The notes: generated by a model from the sequence alone, not told the origin. A stretch of 64,000 bases of DNA from Anthoceros angustus (GCA_010909165.1 VJWM01000044.1:1674001-1738000); one strand, 5' to 3'; numbered from the stretch's first letter, positions 24,004 to 38,230 are shown. Numbers and translations are program-made.

Positions 24004-26573
24004 TCAAATTGTAAAGTAGTTATCATGGCATTGTCGCTTGTTACCACCGACTTTCCTTTGCAACTCGAGAACACGATTATATCCTTTTCGAATTACACTA
24101 GAGCTTGGAAGGGACATAGTCTGAGGAGGAGCTACCCGAGAAGCAGACTTAAGACTAACAACCTGTAGTACATTCATAGAGACAAAAAATATTAAAAAAA
24201 TCTATATCTTTTAATGGTATAAAGGGACAATATCGTAAGATATTTTAAGAGCTTCTTGCTATCAAACACGTTCTTTAAGGAACACTCATAGATGAGCAAG
24301 ATACAAAAATATTAAATACAAAAAATACTAAAGCCTCTTACTCTCAGACACTCGAGTATATGATAATACGCCTTATGTGTAAGCGGAGAATGTCCAAATC
24401 TTGGATTCGAGAAATATCTTGACCTGATTCATGCATAAATCACTAATAATTAGAAGGTTACATCAAAAGTATGTAAACTATAAAAGCAGAACCTGAAATA
24501 TGGCTTACCATGAAGTTTGTGGGCCCGGATCAATAGAGAAACCATACAAGTCTATAGAAGCACATACAGCAGCAGCAAAATTGAGAGCCAAGTAGCCCGA
24601 GCTGTGTCCTAAAAGTCTGTCTGCTTGGAGTCCTCCTTTTGTACTCGATAATAGTAAAGATATTTGAATATCATTCTGAAAAGTTTTGTTCTGAAAGTAT
24701 TGAAATAAATGAGTAGATAAAATCTAATTCTTTAGCAAAACAGTAGATAAAACCTATCAAAAATAACAACCAGAATTTAATGTAAACTATCAATATCATG
24801 CAATACTTCGATAGAATACCTTGTAATGAACTATGTTTGGCACATATTTTCCCCCTAGTGCTCTCCTTAGAATGATCACTTCTAACACACATGAATGGTA
24901 TTCATAATAAATCATGGATTGTGTCAGTTTTGACAAACAATGATATATGGACGAATTTCAAATGCCGCTTACCATTTTTTATCTTATTGTTTGCAATAAA
25001 ATGCTTCAATGATTTTGTAACCCTCTCATTAACAAAGCGAATGTTGGTTTTTTTCCCGGTCCATTTTACAAATGCTTCCTGACAACAATGAGAACAAACA
25101 ATCTTTTATTAATTGTGGATAACTATAACTCATGATAAGTTGTTCAAGAATATATATACTTACTGTTGTCCGTGCATCATTGAGTCGAATTACTGTGTCA
25201 TGTTGGTCTATTTCTTCAGCAAATGAAAAGTTTGACTTGAGATTTGCTGAATTTCCAACAAGAGCACATCTTCCAGCTTGACCGGGAAGAAAACGTTGTA
25301 CTTGTGGTACTAGACGATGAACTCGTTTAAAACAATCCTCTATATGTTCACAGTCTCCTCTACATTCATGAAAAGTAAATTCATAATTGCATGAAGAAAA
25401 TTTCAACATGTCATAATATAATAGGACAATAAGGGTGAAGATGAAAAATATTACCCACTCACGACATGATACATGATTGGCTCTAGATTTTTTTCTTTTG
25501 AATAACAATGAAGAACATCTTTGGTCAACAAAGCTCCTCTTCTCCATGCCTTCAACACATGAAAGAAATAGGAAAATCAATCTATAATACAAATGCAAAT
25601 CTTGATTCTTTATAATTGAATTGATAAGAAGTATTTATAATAAAACATACACAAAAAAATGAAAATAACGTACTTCTTTCCAATATCGTAGCACTTCACA
25701 CAAATCGTAGTCCCAGGTCAAATTTTTGGATTCTGTAACTTTTGTGCCTGTGGACTCTTTTACATATTCCTGAAATGCAGAACTGAAATGACTGTCAATG
25801 ATATTAGCGTACACGAAGAGGTATTACATTGACTGTCAATGATATTAACGTACATGAAGAGGTATTACATTTTACAGACTCATAAAATAAAATAAAAATC
25901 TCACCCAAGAATTTGGTGTGCCTTCAGGATATTTAATGCGCAACTTGCAAGTACCAAGTCGAGTAACATCAAGTCCATCACCATTAGCTTTCTAGTAAGC
26001 AAAAGCTAAACATCAAGCAATAGACATATTTGGCTTTAAGTTCACAAACGTAAGGATAAGCCATAACGAGTTTGTATTGCCCAACATTGAGAAAGGAATA
26101 AATTGCATTGAATCATCACAAGTTGTTACCACACAATGCTGAACAGCTTCGTGAAGTTGAGTAATATCATCTGACAAAGATGTATGGGAATTCCACCTAA
26201 AACTTAGATCCATCAAGTAATTTTTTGACCAAGCATCTAACGATACAATATAAAGAAATTTTATTAGTCAAATCATAAACCTTCAACTTCAAGTATCCAA
26301 TCTCAATACCATTCACGATAAAGAAACTTCAAGTATCCAACAACTATAACTCTTTAAGATACTTGTGCTCAAACTCATATCAATATCTTAAAACTTACCA
26401 GATAAGAATATATTATGAAAGAATGACAACATCAAACATGTTGTCATAATAGCTAACATGATGACCTGTGCAAACCTTACATGGCGATAGGTACAAGAAA
26501 AACAACTTAGTAAACACCAAACTTCATATTTACTTGCTTGCATCCTCTCAATCTTGGTTGTAGTTTTCTTCAT
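24004..26573 (-). CDS. GT29 sialyltransferase-like protein (MGP2/SIA-like), multi-exon, divergent
   Basis: It has an N-terminal TM segment and exons that splice in phase: LHEAVQHCV, CKLRIKYPEGTPNSW, the L-sialylmotif CALVGNSANLK..FAEEIDQHDTVIRLNDA, the S-motif SSGYLALNFAAAVCASIDLYGFSIDPG, and SRYFSNPRFGHSPL..KAYYHILECL. Confidence 0.85.
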
Positions 26574-27035
26574 AAGAAGCTATTCTATAAGGGTGCCCTG
26601 ATCAAGAATCGTGGTAAGAGAAGTGAGATAAGTGTAATCAGCTTACAATTATATGTGAGCTCAATTGGGCGGTGTGATAATTAAGCACCTAGTAAAGGTA
26701 CCTAGTGAAGCCCGTCACGATAGAACTTCCCAGTAAGATGAAGCCATGTTATCGAGGACCATTTGCACAAACTCGGCTGTTTTCGACGAGGCTTGTCGGG
26801 TACCAAGTCCTATGACGGAAATCCGTCCTTAGTGGACTTCAATAAAATTCTTCTTCTTCTTCTTGTCCGAATAGCTGGAGGCGTATTCTCCAAGACATGG
26901 CGCGCTCCTTGAACAGCAAGCCAGTGTAATGGCATCAGCAAGAACTACGCGTGACCATCGTTCAAAGAAAAGCTCCAACTTCCAAGTGAAAACCGCAGTG
27001 CCTCTGTTACAAAATTGTGTTGTTCGGCAATGGGG

Positions 27036-30000
27036 TCAACTTGCAGGCCTTGGCGAAGTAGGCGACTCTCCAGCGAATTCTAGACTGACAACACTGCTCT
27101 TCCTCGACAACACCGGGCTAGAAATGGCGGGACTGCCTAACGCTGGACTGATCAAAGTGGGGCTAGTTGGAGTGGGGCTAGCGGCACTGGGGCTGGCTAT
27201 GAGGGGGCTTGCGGCTGCAGAGCTGCTCACACCCGGGCTTGCCGAAGCGGGACTGCCTGCTGCCGAGCTACTGACGCTCCCTTTAACAGAGCTTCTGCTA
27301 GAAGCAGACCCGACACTAGACCCCGACCTGCTGGATCGGGCACTGGACGTGTTGGACGGCATTTTCAGCCCAGCCTCCAGTACTCGTGTGTTTATGATGG
27401 AGGCAATGCCTGGATTTTCATTTGCCAGGGCTTTCAGTCTGTGCAAGACCTCTCGTGCGGCTTCCTTGAGTTCGACTAAGTGGATCTCCTTCTCGATCCT
27501 CTCGAACTCTCCCCTGAGATTGACGTGACATGAAGTTAGGCAAGGGTCGGGAACAAATGACGCTTGGACCTGGACGTTAGGTCAATATACTTACGAGAGC
27601 TTCTCCTTTGTCTCCTTGGCAAGCCTTTCCAGTTGTGAGACTGCTCGGTTGTGTTTCATGACCTGGTCTTCATTCTCTTTCTCGGCCGCCTCTACTCTTC
27701 TAACTAAGTCTCTCAACGAATTAGAGGCTTCCACTCTCTCCTTCTCCAGATTTTCAAACCTTGAGTGAGCGTCTTGCACCTCCTGTGCAAAGATAGAAAT
27801 GTACCTTGAATCACGGTACAAGATTGCAGACCAGAACGGACGGAACAGCGGTTGATAATGTTACCTCCAGCAAGGACTTCTCTTCCGTTTGCTTGAATCT
27901 AACTTGTTCCAACAATCTATCAAGCTGTTCCTTAAGTGATGTATGCTCCTCAAGTAACTCCAAGCTTTTCACAGTGTTGTGACTAGTTCGCAACATATTA
28001 TTTGCATCCCTCAACTCAGAAGTGGCTCCTTCTAGAACATCAACATCTTCTTGCACCTAACCAGCATTGCCCTTCCCTTCATGAGCATCAATGCTCATAT
28101 CTGCAGCTTACACAGACCCATGAATTGCTTGTTCAAGAAATCTATGATGCCCGCTGGGGAATACCTTATCCAGCTCTTGTTGCAGGTTTTTCCCTTCTCT
28201 CTGTATCGTTTCTCTCTCCTGGGCAAGCTTCAATATGTAGTAGTTCGCCGAGCGCTCACCACCCTCTTCAATTTGCACTCTTCGAATGAGTACTTCGTAT
28301 TTTGATTGAAGCTGTGAAAAGCTAAAAGGTACTAGTGAGAGATCTGCCTGCCTGAAATGCCCCTTTCTCATCTCACCCTCAGATCAGTAACTAACAGACC
28401 TTCTGAACATGTTGCGCAAGCTTTGTCCGCTTCATAATGAGGTGATGGAGGTCTTCTTGTAGACCCTTAAGTTCCGCTCTGTGTCTATCTCGGCGAGATT
28501 CAATTTCTCTTTTTTGCTCTTCGAAGTTCAGCTGCAGTCTTTTCTTGGTGTTCTCCATACCCGTCACCTCATCTACGCCCCCCCTTCGTATTAGTCCTGA
28601 CACTCGAAGGATAGAAACGTGCCCATGGGAGAAAGTGCACAACCCTGAAAGACAACACCGCAATCACCTGCTTTCATGTCCAAGATGGCCTGCAGACGGT
28701 TCGCTTCCATCTGAAGCAGATCATGGGCCAGCATTTTTTCTTCCTTTTCTTTTATTAGCTTCTGCACACACAAACGACAAGACGATTACTGAGTTCTCTC
28801 CAAAGGTTCAGATTTAAGCAAGCACTAGGGAATCAAAGTTTCCACCTTCACAGCATGTAGACCCGTCTCAGATTGAAGATTGAGTTCAGCATTTCTGTCA
28901 TTGCTTGTGGCAAGTTTCTTTTGCATCTCCTCTTTCTTGCGGTAAGCAGCTCTCAGTGCTTCATCGGATCTCTTCAACTGCAATTTGATGGCCACGAGTT
29001 ACGCAATGCCCACTTTGGCGCTTCTGACACGAGTCCACACCCGCTTGCTTGACTTCAGTTTGGTTGTGACATCGACCTCACCTGCGATAAGATTATTGCC
29101 TCCTCGGTCTTCTTTTCATCCAATTCTTTCTCAAGTTCGGATATTTTTGCACCTGTCTCTTTTTTCTCGAGGTCAGTTCTTTCACCCCCCGCCCTAGCTA
29201 CTTTTCTTTCCAGACACTGTATTTGAAATTCAGCAGCATACAGGACTTCTTCCTGCTTCATCATGCTCATCTCTAGATGCTGGATTTGACCATTCAGAGT
29301 TTTAGACTGAGATTTTGCTCCCTCAATCTCAAAGAGCATGTTCTTCTCTGTACAGCTCAAGCAAACAGTGAGTCGTACTCGAAGTCAGTTCAGTACCTCG
29401 AGGCAGAGACACATTGTAGCTGAGTTTTCAAGTCTAATTGGTGAAAACAAAAGGACGACCAGGACGTTGGACAGGGTGGATCATGACCTGCAGGGAAGAA
29501 TATAGTAAGCACTTGTGTGGCAAAATTTTAACATAGTCTGAAGGGCCTAAGCGTGATCAGCAATTACCATGTGTACGTAGTTGGTGGAGTTTTTCAGTAA
29601 GCTGGAACTGCTTCGTCCTCAAGTCATGCACGACCTCCTTTGCAGTTTTCAAGTTTTGCTCTTCAGTAGCAAGAATCTTTGAGAGGGCTTGCATTTTCTT
29701 GTCCAGTGTGTCTAAGAGAGCAAATTCCTCTTCTAGTTTCTGACGCATGTGCTCCAACTTCATGGTAACAGCCTCAAGCTTGCCTTTCTTGATCTCGAGC
29801 TCCTGTAGATGACAACAAGAGGCAGTAGGCCCGTGAGAGGGTGGACAACTGACGAGCTGCCAAGCACATAGGGAGCAGAAGCCCTGATGTGAATGCCAGG
29901 AAGGGCTAGGGTGCCAGACCTCGTCCGTGTGGGACTTGATGCTCAGCTGTTTTGAAAGGTCCCGATTTGCATGGTGCACATTTGATTTCAGGAGGACTAG

Positions 30001-31874
30001 CTCTTCCTCAAGAACTCTTATCCTGTAACCGTGACACAAGATAGTCAGAATTTCTAGTAGGAAGCATGGGGTGTGCAGCAACTTTCTAAAAAAACACGAG
30101 AACCTGACCCAGCAACTTCCTTTCTGAACCGCTCCCGCTCCCGCCCAAGTGCCTCCTCTGCCATGGAGATGCTGGTTTTCACATCAACCTGCAGCGGACA
30201 GGTAGTCAGGCGGCATTCATCAGCAAACTCTTCACTAGTGGGAAAAAATTTGCAAGGCAAGCAATTACCTACATCGTTTTCCATCTCGTTTTGCAAATCC
30301 TTTGCAAAGACATCAAGATCAACTTTCTTCCCCCGCAGACGCACTTTATTTTCGGCATACTCCTCAGCTGCTTTGTGAATCATATCATCTCTTTTATGTA
30401 TAGCTTCTACTGCATCTTCCCATAACCTAACCAGTTTCTGCCTCTCCAGATGCAGATCCCTGTACCAAACCATAACGTCCCTGAGCTAAGCGAGATCCAG
30501 CAACAAAAACCAAGGAACCCATCCAGGCCTGATAAAGGCAGACCTGAAATCTTGTGCCGTTTTGTCCAGTTGTATTTGAGCAGCCTGAGTAGCTGTCACT
30601 TCTTCAGCAAGTTGGTTTTCAACACCGGTGAAATCAATCGCAATCTTTTCTTCTTCCATGTGGAGCTCTTTCAGACGAGCATCGTCCATCTTGGTGTAAG
30701 CTTCAACAGCTTCATTGTCATCATTCTTTTGTTTTGCAGCCTCAGACCACTGTTCGAGCTCCTCCTGCTCTCCTCCTGATGTATATAATTAGGCAATGAC
30801 CTGGTTCATGAAAACCTAACTATCCGCGGACTTCGGGGTCTCGAGCAAGGGATTCTACGTCGGAAGTTCGCTCAAAGAAGAGGAAACCAACCTGATTCCA
30901 GTGCATGAGAAGACGAAATTGATCCATTTTCTCATTCGCTCTGAATATCGCAGTCCTCAGTGCTCGGAGACGGTCTACCATCTCTTCTGAATCCCTCTCT
31001 ATTTTTGTCACCTCCCTCTGATCGAAGACGTGGAAGAAGCACATGTCACCACCAACATTCACGCCTCTTACCACGATTTCGTGACTCAAGATAACCATGC
31101 AGGGCCAACCTGAACACGACCAGCCTCCATTTCTGCAATCTTCTTCAGGTGTTCTTCTGTGCTAGTCTCCCTTCGTCTTACGTCAACTCTGCATTCAGTG
31201 TAGTATATCTCTTGCTTAACTCTTTTCATATGCTCCTCCATAATAGTGGTCCGATCATCTTGGTTCTCCACAGCTTCCTAACCTTCCAGATCACAATACT
31301 TGTCAATCCTGGTGTAAACGACATTGCTGCCATCCGTTAAACACAAGGAGCAGAGCTGCCACCACACTGGCTAGCCACGCGATTAGCGTTGTCGACAGAC
31401 AAGAAATACCTGCAGTGCCAGCAACTGCTTCTCCAACTCGATCACCTCCTCATTCAGCAACTTGTTTTCCTCATTAGCAAAAGCAGGCAGAAATGAAAGA
31501 GCTATTTCCTTGTCCTTGAGCGCCATCCTGCCTGCCTCCTCATCATGCTGCTCCAGGTCCTTCTCTTCTAAGTCCGCCATTTCCTGCATCCTTCGCTCGA
31601 TGGTCTCCATCTCCCGCATTTTTTCCTCAATTTCCTCCATCTCCCTCATTTTCACCTCCATGCTTTCGACTTCCCTCATTTTCTCCTCAATCTCTTCCCT
31701 TGCTCGGAGTTGTTCCACCTTGTCGTGCCTGACCTGGGCTGCCGTTGATGATTCTCCTTCCTCCTCCCTTCCCTTGTTGGGTGGAGCCTCTCCTTCCTTG
31801 GGCTTCCCCGGCTCCTGCCCCTCCTTCTGCTTGGCTGTAGGAGGGGCAGCCGGCGGGTGGTCGTCATCCCCCAT
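27036..31874 (-). CDS. CCDC39: Coiled-coil domain-containing protein 39 (FAP59; axonemal ruler, motile sperm), multi-exon
   Basis: Motifs include FLPAFANEENKLL, IMEEHMKRVKQEI...EEHLKKIAEMEAGRV, FRLLMHWNQ, LHLERQKLVRLWEDAVEAIHKRD and LYAAEFQIQCLERKVARAGGERT. The Ser-rich tail ends at 27036. Confidence 0.92.
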
Positions 31875-32649
31875 CTTTTAGATGCTTGCCAGGGCAGACG
31901 AGATCAGGTCAGGCCCAGCGAACAGCTGCCTTGCCGTGTGTGCTGCAGCTAACATGGATGGGAAGGACCCACCACGAACGGGCTTCTGCGCAGAAGCCTG
32001 CCGTAATACAGTTGGATGCAAGGAACAAGATGCGGTCGGCAGGACGAAAACGGAACAAGATGCGGTCGGCGGGAGGAAAACGACACGCCACTTGTTTCTG
32101 GCGGGACGGAATCAATCCATGGACCTATATATGTACGCATGTGTCACAAGCTTGACGAAGTAAAAGTCGGTTGCCGGTCTCAAGACCTTTGGAAGCAGCA
32201 CCACACCTCCAGCCACGTGACATTTTTTTTGGTGTTCATTTATCATGCTTAACTACCTAGGTACATATATTTAATGTATAGCTTTAGAACACTCCGAAAA
32301 TCTATGACATATCATCACCAAGCAGACCGCTCTCCACAAAGTTCCATATCCATAGTTTTATTTATTCTTATCTAAAATATAAATTTGTCATTTTTATTCT
32401 GATGAATCATCTAAGATTATAATCAATTTTTAGAAATAGAACTTATTCGATCTAGATCTACCACAGAGAAGAATTATTATATAAGATAAAAGTATAGAGA
32501 ATGTGGTGAAATTTTCCACTCCTCAACCCTTGAAGAAGTGTGTATGACATGCTATCATATGCTCTTCGTTGATGAGGTTAAGAAGTTGGATAAGAACCTA
32601 GAGGCTCATTGGCTACATCTCTAGTGGCAGGTGTAGGATGCGCCCTTGC

Positions 32650-32748
32650 AACGGTTGTGGAAAAGCCCAAAAGTGCCTTCTAGACCTAGATTGAGAACGA
32701 ACGGTTGTCGAAAAGCCCAAAAGTGCCTTCTAGACTTAGATTGAGAAC
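32650..32748 (+). repeat. 50-bp tandem duplication
   Basis: AACGGTTGT(G/C)GAAAAGCCCAAAAGTGCCTTCTAGAC... occurs at 32650 and 32700. Confidence 0.85.
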
Positions 32749-33128
32749 ATTATAATGAAATCCAAAACCCTATGGAATGACCCCGTAGGTACCATTGTGT
32801 CATCGAAGCTCCTCTTTATACCTAGCGACCTGGGCCAATCCAACACCTTTTCTTAGATATTTATCTATATCTAAGAATTCAAGTTTATTCATGTTTAAAT
32901 CCAACATGAATAAATTTGGCTCCTTAGATATAGAACATAATTAAAACTACCAACTACTACAGGGACAACAAAGGATCTTAGATCGGTTCGATGAAAGTCC
33001 AAAAGGGAGAGGTGACCGCTTTAAGAACTGAACTTGCCACATTGTATAAACAAGACAATGCAGAATTATAACATTGTAACCTACAAACAACTAGCTTAGA
33101 TTTTTTTTGTGATTTGGCATTTCAGAAA

Positions 33129-33300
33129 AATCAAAACCGGGGGTAGAAACCTTAGGCATGGGGCCTTTGCTCTCGACCCTGCGCTCCTTGAAAGAGCGGT
33201 TCTACACACTGGGGAATCAAAACCGGGGGTAGAAACCTTTGGCAAGGGGCCTTTGCTCTCGACCCTGCACTCCTTGAAAGAGCGGTTCTACACACTGGGG
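33129..33300 (+). repeat. 86-bp tandem duplication
   Basis: AATCAAAACCGGGGGTAGAAACC...CTACACACTGGGG occurs at 33129 and 33215. Confidence 0.9.
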
Positions 33301-33599
33301 TAGGGTTTTGGTGCGTCCTCCCTATCCATTAGCTCTTGCTCTCTTTAAGCCAATGCATCTCTTGTCCCTGCTTGCTCCCAGTTATGGGGTTTTAGAAGTT
33401 GAGATTTGTATCTTTATGTAAATCGCTTTCTTTCATTGTTGAAATCTTTATCTTTATATAAATTTTGAATTTTTTACTATCCCTCACAGAAGATTCTAAT
33501 GGGAAAACAAAATGCGGCTGTGAGCACGAAACATGGTTCATGAGTTATTCTTCAAATCTTATGGGAAGCTTTGGAATACTCAAATCTTGATGGAGGGAA

Positions 33600-36500
33600 G
33601 GGCAGGCAGAGGCAGAGGCAGAGGCAGAGGCAGAGGCACAGGCGCAGGCACGGGATGTACCTTTTTTTGAGGTTTGTAATAAGGAGTACGTAAGTGCAAG
33701 AGAAGAGAAGAGCCAAGGGAAAGGGAGGGAGGGAACTGAGAGGGACGAGGGTGCACATATCTCGAAAGGCAAGGTGCACATAATTGACCGGGGACACGAA
33801 TAGTTATTAATATCCCCCTCCGGGTCCGGGAGGCTTTATCCTGCGTATGTGCAGGGCGTGTCCCGGTTTGGGTCACCGAGATGGAATGTAATGTGTGCAT
33901 CAGCTTTTGCGCAGCGGCCAGTTGGGAGGGAGAATTGAAGGCCAAGAGGAGGAAAGGGAAAAAGAAAGCGAAGCAAGAAGTGGTGGTTCAGAAGTAAGAA
34001 GTGGGGAAGCGGGAGGGAGAGGGGGATAGGGCATCTGCGGCCTCGCGTTTCTAGATGGCTCTAGAACAAAGGAAGGGCGGGGCGTGGATATCCAGAGGGG
34101 AGGAGTAATTGGGGAGAGAGGGGCGGGAGGGAGAAGGAGAGGGGCCCAGGCCCAGGCCCATGTGGGCTCTGGCAGTGGGCAGCGCTGCGGATTTGTGTTT
34201 CCGAGAGGGAGTGTGGGGTGGCCCCGTTCCGTTGGGGGAGTCAGAGGGCGAGAGGGGGAGAGGGCGAGAGGGGGAGAGGGGGCGCAGGCGCACATGCCCC
34301 CGTTGAAGCGGCCAACGGGAATGTACAGAAATGGGGGAGGCGGGTGAATGTGGGGCACGCCAGCACGTCCCACGCACTATGCACTAAGCACTATGCACTA
34401 TGCACTATGCGCCAGAGGGCAGTGCCAGATCCACGCTAAATGGGGCTTGTCTCCTGCCCGAAGCGATTGCTATTGGCCTCCTCCTCAGCAGCCAGCCCTG
34501 GCCCCTGGCCTGGCCCGGGTGCGTGATGTCAGACGCGCCCCGGCAGGCGGCAGCGCCCCAAGACGAGCCAAGCCAAGCGAATAATACGCGCTGCAGCCGG
34601 ACGAGACGTCTGGAACATGAAGGGAGGAGAGAAAGATTCACGTCTCGCACGGGGCCGCGGTCGTGCCAGACTCTCCGGGGGGACTCGGGAGGCCCTTTCC
34701 TTTCCTTTACGTTCCTTTTCATTCCTTTCCGTTCCTTTCCGTTCCTTGGGCTTTCGCCCGCCTCTCCTCCTGTGCAGTGCGCTGGGCTTGCGCTGGTGCT
34801 GCGCTGTGTACAGTACCGGATTACGGCGATGCAAACGGGGCCCGGCACCGCAGCCTGGGTGTGCCTTGTGCCTGGCTATGGCTGCGCGCTCCGGATTCTT
34901 GGACACTCCATCATCACGTTTGTCTCACCTTTTGTACTTACCCCCGGCAAGGCAAGCAGAAAGCGGGGGCCGCATAAAGGAGCCACGAACAACAACAAAC
35001 AAGAACGGAAAGGGGCAGCAGTTGCCAATGCCGCTCCCCCTCCCCCTCCCCCTCTCGCCGGGGCTCTTTACCTCGTCCTGGGTCCCTGGGTCCGGAGTCC
35101 GGACTCCGGAATCCGGGCTTGGTCCTGGTCCAGGACGAGGTGGCCACTGGCTATGTGTGTAACGAGAAACAGTACAACAGCAGGATATCTCTGCACGCTG
35201 CACGCTGCACGCTGCAGGCTGCACGCTGCACGCTGCACTCTGCACTCTGCACTCTGCTCTCTGCTCTCTGCACTGTCCAGCCCTGCCCTGCCCTGCCCTG
35301 CACGCAGCAAATGCCGCAGCCTGCCGCCTGCAGCCTGCAGCCGCTGCTCTGCTGCAGCAGCGGCAGCGGCAGCAGCAGCAGCAGGACCAAGACCAGGACC
35401 AGGACCAGGACCAGGACCGGGACCAGGACCAGCAGGCCTACCAGCAGGAGCAGCACTGGCAGGAGTCGACTGGGCCGCAGGCCGCAGCGGCTAGCCATGA
35501 CTGCCAATCCCCATGGCCATTTGCCATATATTCCATATTCGTGTCAAGCGCCTGTGCCGACGTCCTCCTATTCGCTGGCGCTCGCATTGCAGCCGCACAC
35601 TGAACATGGGCCTGCCTTTGCACGTGGCTGCCTGGGGATTAGCGTTGCCCAGCCGTTGGCGGTCCGAACCTGCCTCTCCTCTCAAGTGCTCTGCCCTGCC
35701 CTGCCCTGCTGCCCTCTCTCTCTCTGTCTCTGTGTCGCCCATCGCCATAGCCCTTCAAACCTTTGCCATCACCAACACCGCGATACGATACGCCGTATGT
35801 ACCGCGCCTTCGATTCCTCGGGCTGCACACGCATACGTATGAATGTTGTGTGTGTGTGTTTACTCCTACCCACTTCCCCTCTTCCTTGGGCGACAGGGCA
35901 GGCCATGGCCATGGGCCATGAGCCATGGCATGGATGGAGGGCGGGGTGGATGGACCGGACTCCTCTCCTTTCCTCTCCTCTCCGAGTCCTCATCGCACTT
36001 GGAGTTGTCAACTGTGAGGAATCTGGGGCGGGGACAGCGTCATGCTGCCATCCCGAGCCGCACGCCTGTCTGCGTCGCGGGGGAGTCGGGACCCGCTCCG
36101 GGCCCGCACGTGCACGTAGTCGCCTCGACGGGCGTGCTCCTTCCTGCTCCTGCTCCCCGCCCTGGCAGTGGAGTCCGACTCTCTCCCGACTCCCGTTTTC
36201 ACATTTGCCCTGCTCGTCCTCGTCTCGGGACTGTTTCAACCCCGCCACTTCCTGCAACCAAAAGCAACCACGTTGGTCTCTGTATCCTCCGCTCTGTGCT
36301 GCCGCTGCAAGCAAGCGACTGGACTGGTATGGCAAGCGCGCGTCCTCAAGCAACCAAAGCACAGCAAGCAAGCAAGCAAGCCAAGGCACTGGCAGTAGAG
36401 GGAGGAAGGGAGGCAGGCTGGCAGGGTAGAGAGAGAGAGAGGGAAGGGCGGTAATACTAGAGTACGTTTTCATGGGGTGAAGGAAAGGAACCGGTAGCGT

Positions 36501-38230
36501 AACTGTAACCGACCCTGTTGTCAAAATTTCTCCTTTTCCTTCTCCTTCTCCTTCGCCTTCTCCTTCTCCTTCTCCTTCTCCTTCTCCTTCTCCTTATCCT
36601 TCTCGTTCTCGTTCTCGTTCCTTGTTGTTGGTGTTGAAGTTGCTGCCTGGCAGTCCCTGCTGTACATCGTGGTTGTAATGTAACTTTGTTGCTGTTGTTT
36701 TTGTTGTTCCTGTGTACACACTCTCTCACATAACATAAACACAGCTCTTGGTAGACACTGTTGCAAGAGTGCGTGTGTGTTTGTGCGTGTGTGTGTGCGC
36801 GCGCGCGAGGATGAGCTTGGTGTGGTGTGCCCAGTGGGCGGAGCAGTGCTGCCTAGGCCTGCCGGCTACTTCTGCCCACCTTCCTGCACCTACTGCACAC
36901 GCCAGAGAGCAACGCTTTCCTGTGCAGACGAAGACGCCTCACCTCCGGAGGCAGGACCCGCGGCCTAAGGGAGTAATGGCGAGGCTTGCCGCACGTTGAG
37001 ATGGGCGGGTCGGGTCGGGGCGGACATAGATAGATCCAACTGTAGGACATGACATGCGTACTGGGAAGTCTGGAACTGGAGAGAGAGTGGCAGGCCCTGA
37101 CCCTGGCCCTGGCCCTGGGGACCTGGGGTGCCGTGAGGTGAGGTGAGGGTAACTGAAATGGCGGAGGGCGGACTGGAATAGAAAGGCCCGGACGTGGTTC
37201 TCCGGCAGGGACGAGCCCCGCTGGGAGGGAGTGGGGTGACAGTGGCACCAACCGCGCGCAGCCGTCTCTCTAATTTAGCAGCCCGCACCGGCAGCAGACG
37301 CCGCAGCAAGGACACATGACAGCCAATTTGAAGTCGCGCGCCACTAATCCGCCATCGCTGTACAAAAGCAACTGGTAGCCCCGAGCTTACATGGGCCTCC
37401 ACACCCGCTTCTTCTGCTGTAGACATAACAGGCGCCGGGAGAGAGACAAGGCTTCCTTGCTCCACGCAACAACAACAACAACAACAACAACCACCGCGGT
37501 GGCAGCAGCAGGAGCACCATCAGGAGCAGGACCCGGAGCAGGAGCAGGACCCGGAGCAGGAGGAGCAGGAGGAGCAGGAGCAGGAGCAGGAGCAGGACCC
37601 GGACCCGGAGCAGCAGCAGCAGCAGGACCCGGAGTAGTTGGCTGCACCTCTGCCTGCCCCCGTGCGCCGCCGCGGTTGGCTTGCCTCGCATTGCCGCATT
37701 CATTCATCACTGCTTTGTAACTCCTCTGCTCTGCTCCCTAGGCCTTGCAACAGCTGCTCGTCCCTCAATCCATCCTCGCCGATCCGGGCGGCTTCCCCGG
37801 AGCTACCACCTACCTCTCCTCCTCCTACTTCCAACTCCTCCTCCTCCTTCCCACTGCCTGTTTGTGTCTCTCGTCTCTCTATCTGTCTGTTCACCTGCGC
37901 CCTTGCAGGCTGCTGCTGCACCTGCACCTGTCCATGGATCCGGCAGGCTGCGCGACAGTATCGCCTTGCTTGATAGGACCAGGCAACAGTAGCACGGGCT
38001 GATCACTCATCGCCAGATCCGATCTTGCTTGCTCCATTGTTTTCTTGCCGCACCTGCCTTTAGCTTTAGCGGCGCGCCTTAGCCTAGCCTACAGCTGCTA
38101 GCAGCTCCCGGGGCTGAGCTGGGCTGGGCTGGGCTGGGCTGGGAGAATTCTTGTGGAAATCTATGACTTGAGCGCAGCGCTGTGACTGTCCAATTGCACA
38201 GCGCAGCACAGCACAGCACAGCGCTGGAGA
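33600..38230. repeat. Long SSR/low-complexity regulatory region upstream of the ALOG gene
   Basis: It contains (GCAGAG)n, (GCACTAT)n, (GCACGCT)n, (GCCCT)n, (CCAGGA)n, (TTCTCC)n, (GT)n and (CAGGAG)n tracts. No domain-like ORF was found. Confidence 0.8.

Noticed and set aside
25790-25870. 41-bp tandem duplication inside the GT29 gene
   Set aside because: It is intronic and does not affect the reading frame; similar 40-90 bp duplications are common across this window.
26929-27528. 199-aa plus-strand ORF
   Set aside because: It is the antisense shadow of the Ser/Pro/Ala-rich last exon of CCDC39.
34400-36524. Long ORFs (364, 436 and 251 aa) upstream of ALOG
   Set aside because: The translations are SSR-derived low-complexity strings, open in several frames because of GC-rich repeats, with no domain motifs.
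36644-36665. miR160-like sequence TGCCTGGCAGTCCCTGCTGTAC
   Set aside because: It has several insertions and mismatches relative to miR160, and I found no complementary star arm nearby.
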